A program made the position numbers and the translations under genes. Of a stretch of 64,000 nt of DNA, positions 61,872-64,000 are shown piece after piece. The stretch spans positions 1,302,001 through 1,366,000 of the forward strand of contig CATNEN010000014.1 of assembly GCA_950097015.1 (NCBI GenBank), given 5' to 3'. A model generated the notes under the pieces. That model saw only the letters and a program-made list of their open reading frames with translations. It made no database searches and was not told where the DNA came from. The DNA comes from Macrostomum hystrix (lineage: Eukaryota > Animalia > Platyhelminthes). How positions within the stretch are numbered: position 1 is the stretch's first letter; each line of letters starts with the position of its first letter.

Positions 61872-63926
61872 CTTAAATGACAGTCGATTTGTGTTGCTAT
61901 CGAATAAGATTTCGGACACGCCTGGCTGGTTGATGATGGCTAGGTCAGTGAGGTAGACATTGTCAATCTTGAACATGGCGACCACTTCGACGTCGAATTG
62001 CTTCAGATAGGCAGTCAATTCCGGTTTGAAAGCTACCGCGAACTCGGCGCCGGTGATGGTGGAGCAGTGCTGCATGGAGCAGTTCCTGGCCATACTCAAA
62101 TCAAAGCTCTCAGGCCCTGGACGCTGCAAGAAGAGGACATTGCTGCCAGACTCTACCGAGTATTTCGGCATGCCGATCTTCTCCGCATCGCCGGGGCTCA
62201 CGGTGGCGCGGCACACGATGCGATGCGAGAAATCCCTGCCCATGGACGATTCGCGCGGCGGGACACTGTCAATCGTTATGTTGATGGTTCGCCTGCCCGG
62301 CACTGACGTCACCGTGTCAACAATGACAGGCTGGCGCGGACTAAACAGCGAGTTGAATTCGTTCAACTGCAGCTCCTTCCACGCAGAGGCTTCACGAACA
62401 ACCGATGTTGAGAACACGGCACTGGCAACCACCTGGTCCAAGTTGCTAAAAAATGTGGTGCAGTTGTAAGACATGGACTCGCCTTCCATTGCGTAGATCC
62501 TGGGCGGCAGGTTGCCGGATACTACACTGGAGCTTTGAAATGGCTTATAGCTGAAATGTGGCATGCTGACAATATGTACATTGAATGTGAAGCTAACACC
62601 ACCGGCCTCGCAAGTGTACTGGCCAGAGTGACTGTTGTCCACGGTCTCCGTGAACTCAATGACATTGCCAGTCTTTGAGACTAGAATGCCGTCAACATTT
62701 GACCAACGGTATGGCGACCATGCCACTAACGTCCGTCGATTATTGTCTTTGCTGATGTGCGTAAATTTGTAGGTCGTCAGGGGGTCGGTGCAGATGATCG
62801 GGCAGACAAGAGGCGTGGCGTCCATGCCAGAGAAGATAAAAATAGGATCATTGCTCAGGTTGGCCGGCAGCTTGCAACTGGCATTTGTGCCCTGCCTGGT
62901 GTACATCACTTTATCTTTAGATATCCTCTCTTTGACAGCAAAATCGCGGTCATAGGGCCTTACAGAACCGGAGAACGAGAGTGTGGTGCAGATTCTGATT
63001 GCAGAGGAAGACATGTTATCAAAGATGCTAGCAACGATGCTGCTGAGGCCGAAGGTTGCATAGTGCAGCTCGCCAGTGGCTAGATTCAAGTACATATGCT
63101 TCAGCAGCTGCAGTCCTTTTTCTTCCAGCTTTGAGTAATAATTGACAAACATAGCGGTAGTTGTCATATAGCGCATCTGGCTCGCACAGGGCCCTGCGTC
63201 AAAACTGAGCACTGCACCAATGTTGATTTTTGACCTGAGAAAGGCTGGTGCTGACTTAAGCGCACTAACAATGCTTTGATCAATAAATTTCACGGTGCCA
63301 AAATCTGATGCCATCCTGAAATTTATCAAGAATTCATATGCTTCTGGAGTGAGGAATCTCAGCATGGCATTTGAGCCAGACACCGGTTCGCTGTTCCAGT
63401 CTCCCAGGGGGTCCAGGCTCCACACGAAGACGCTATTGGACTGGAACTTCAAATCCGGCTGCCCAGACACGCGGACCTGCACGGAGAGCTCTAGCTTCTT
63501 CCTAAAGACATCAACCGACGGCAATGAAGAAGGCTCAAGAATGAATTTGAATGCGTTCGGCTTGCCTTTAACTGGCTGCAAGGAGAATGGGATCGGGGTG
63601 TCTTCACACTGCAGCTCGCGACCGGTCACGGCTGACAAGTCAAGATCGAGCTCGTCGTTGGTATATGGGCACTTGTACTTGAGAACAGCTGAGTAGCCTA
63701 TCTGCTGGTTTCTTTTGCCAACAAGAGTAATGTTGATTGTAAATCTTTGCTTCGGCATCAGAATGGCGAACATGTTGGGTCCGCCAACCTCCCACACATC
63801 ATCCCAGGAGAGGAGGATCTTGCCAGTCTGTGAATAACTGAAGCGCACATTCTCGGAGTCAGCATGTAGGTCTGGCTGGTTTTTCTGCGCAGCACCAGGC
63901 ACGTGCGCTAGAGGCATCGCATTGCC
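61872..63926 (-). CDS. Large exon encoding an Ig-like ectodomain protein
   Basis: 687-codon ORF with YRWSNVDG..HSGQYTCEAG (I-set-like) and EGESMSYNC..IVCRA. Acceptor TTCGTTCAG| at 63927, donor AAG|GTGCGC at 61872. Confidence 0.7.
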
Positions 63927-64000
63927 CTGAACGAAGAGAATGACATGGTTGAATTTACCAAAACTGGGGATATAAGGTAACTATAGATCTGGAAGTGGGA

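Overview
This is a transposon-saturated window from an animal genome, most likely an invertebrate, and not prokaryotic DNA. Bases 1-36,139 are mostly head-to-tail non-autonomous Helitrons of three related families (called F1, F2, F3 here). Each has a 5'-TC..TATACTAAAA end, a tetranucleotide microsatellite and a 3' hairpin 11-12 nt before CTAG or CTCG. The 18-, 23- and 15-bp satellites that generate nearly all the repetitive ORFs lie inside these Helitrons. A 13.3-kb six-unit F3 array interrupts a retrotransposon ORF. Removing it in silico rejoins gag (CCHC knuckle) to a cold-shock domain (GKLVWYNYNR|GYGFL...IFFH), located just after a TTTAAAC slippery site and a predicted pseudoknot. Bases 38-55 kb hold a SET-domain remnant, a BEN-domain pseudogene, an RTE-like LINE 3' end, a CORE-SINE, a decayed BEL/Pao element, a second BEL gag fragment and a 3'-truncated Gypsy element. 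Bases 55,358-59,993 are an apparently intact Ngaro-type tyrosine-recombinase retrotransposon with split direct repeats. It shows a -1 frameshift signal for Gag-RT/RH and an in-frame GT-AG intron that would fuse the SAP-containing Gag N-terminus to the recombinase. The window ends in a spliced gene for an Ig-like protein with a probable transmembrane exon. All domain calls come from motif recognition by eye; no database searches were run.
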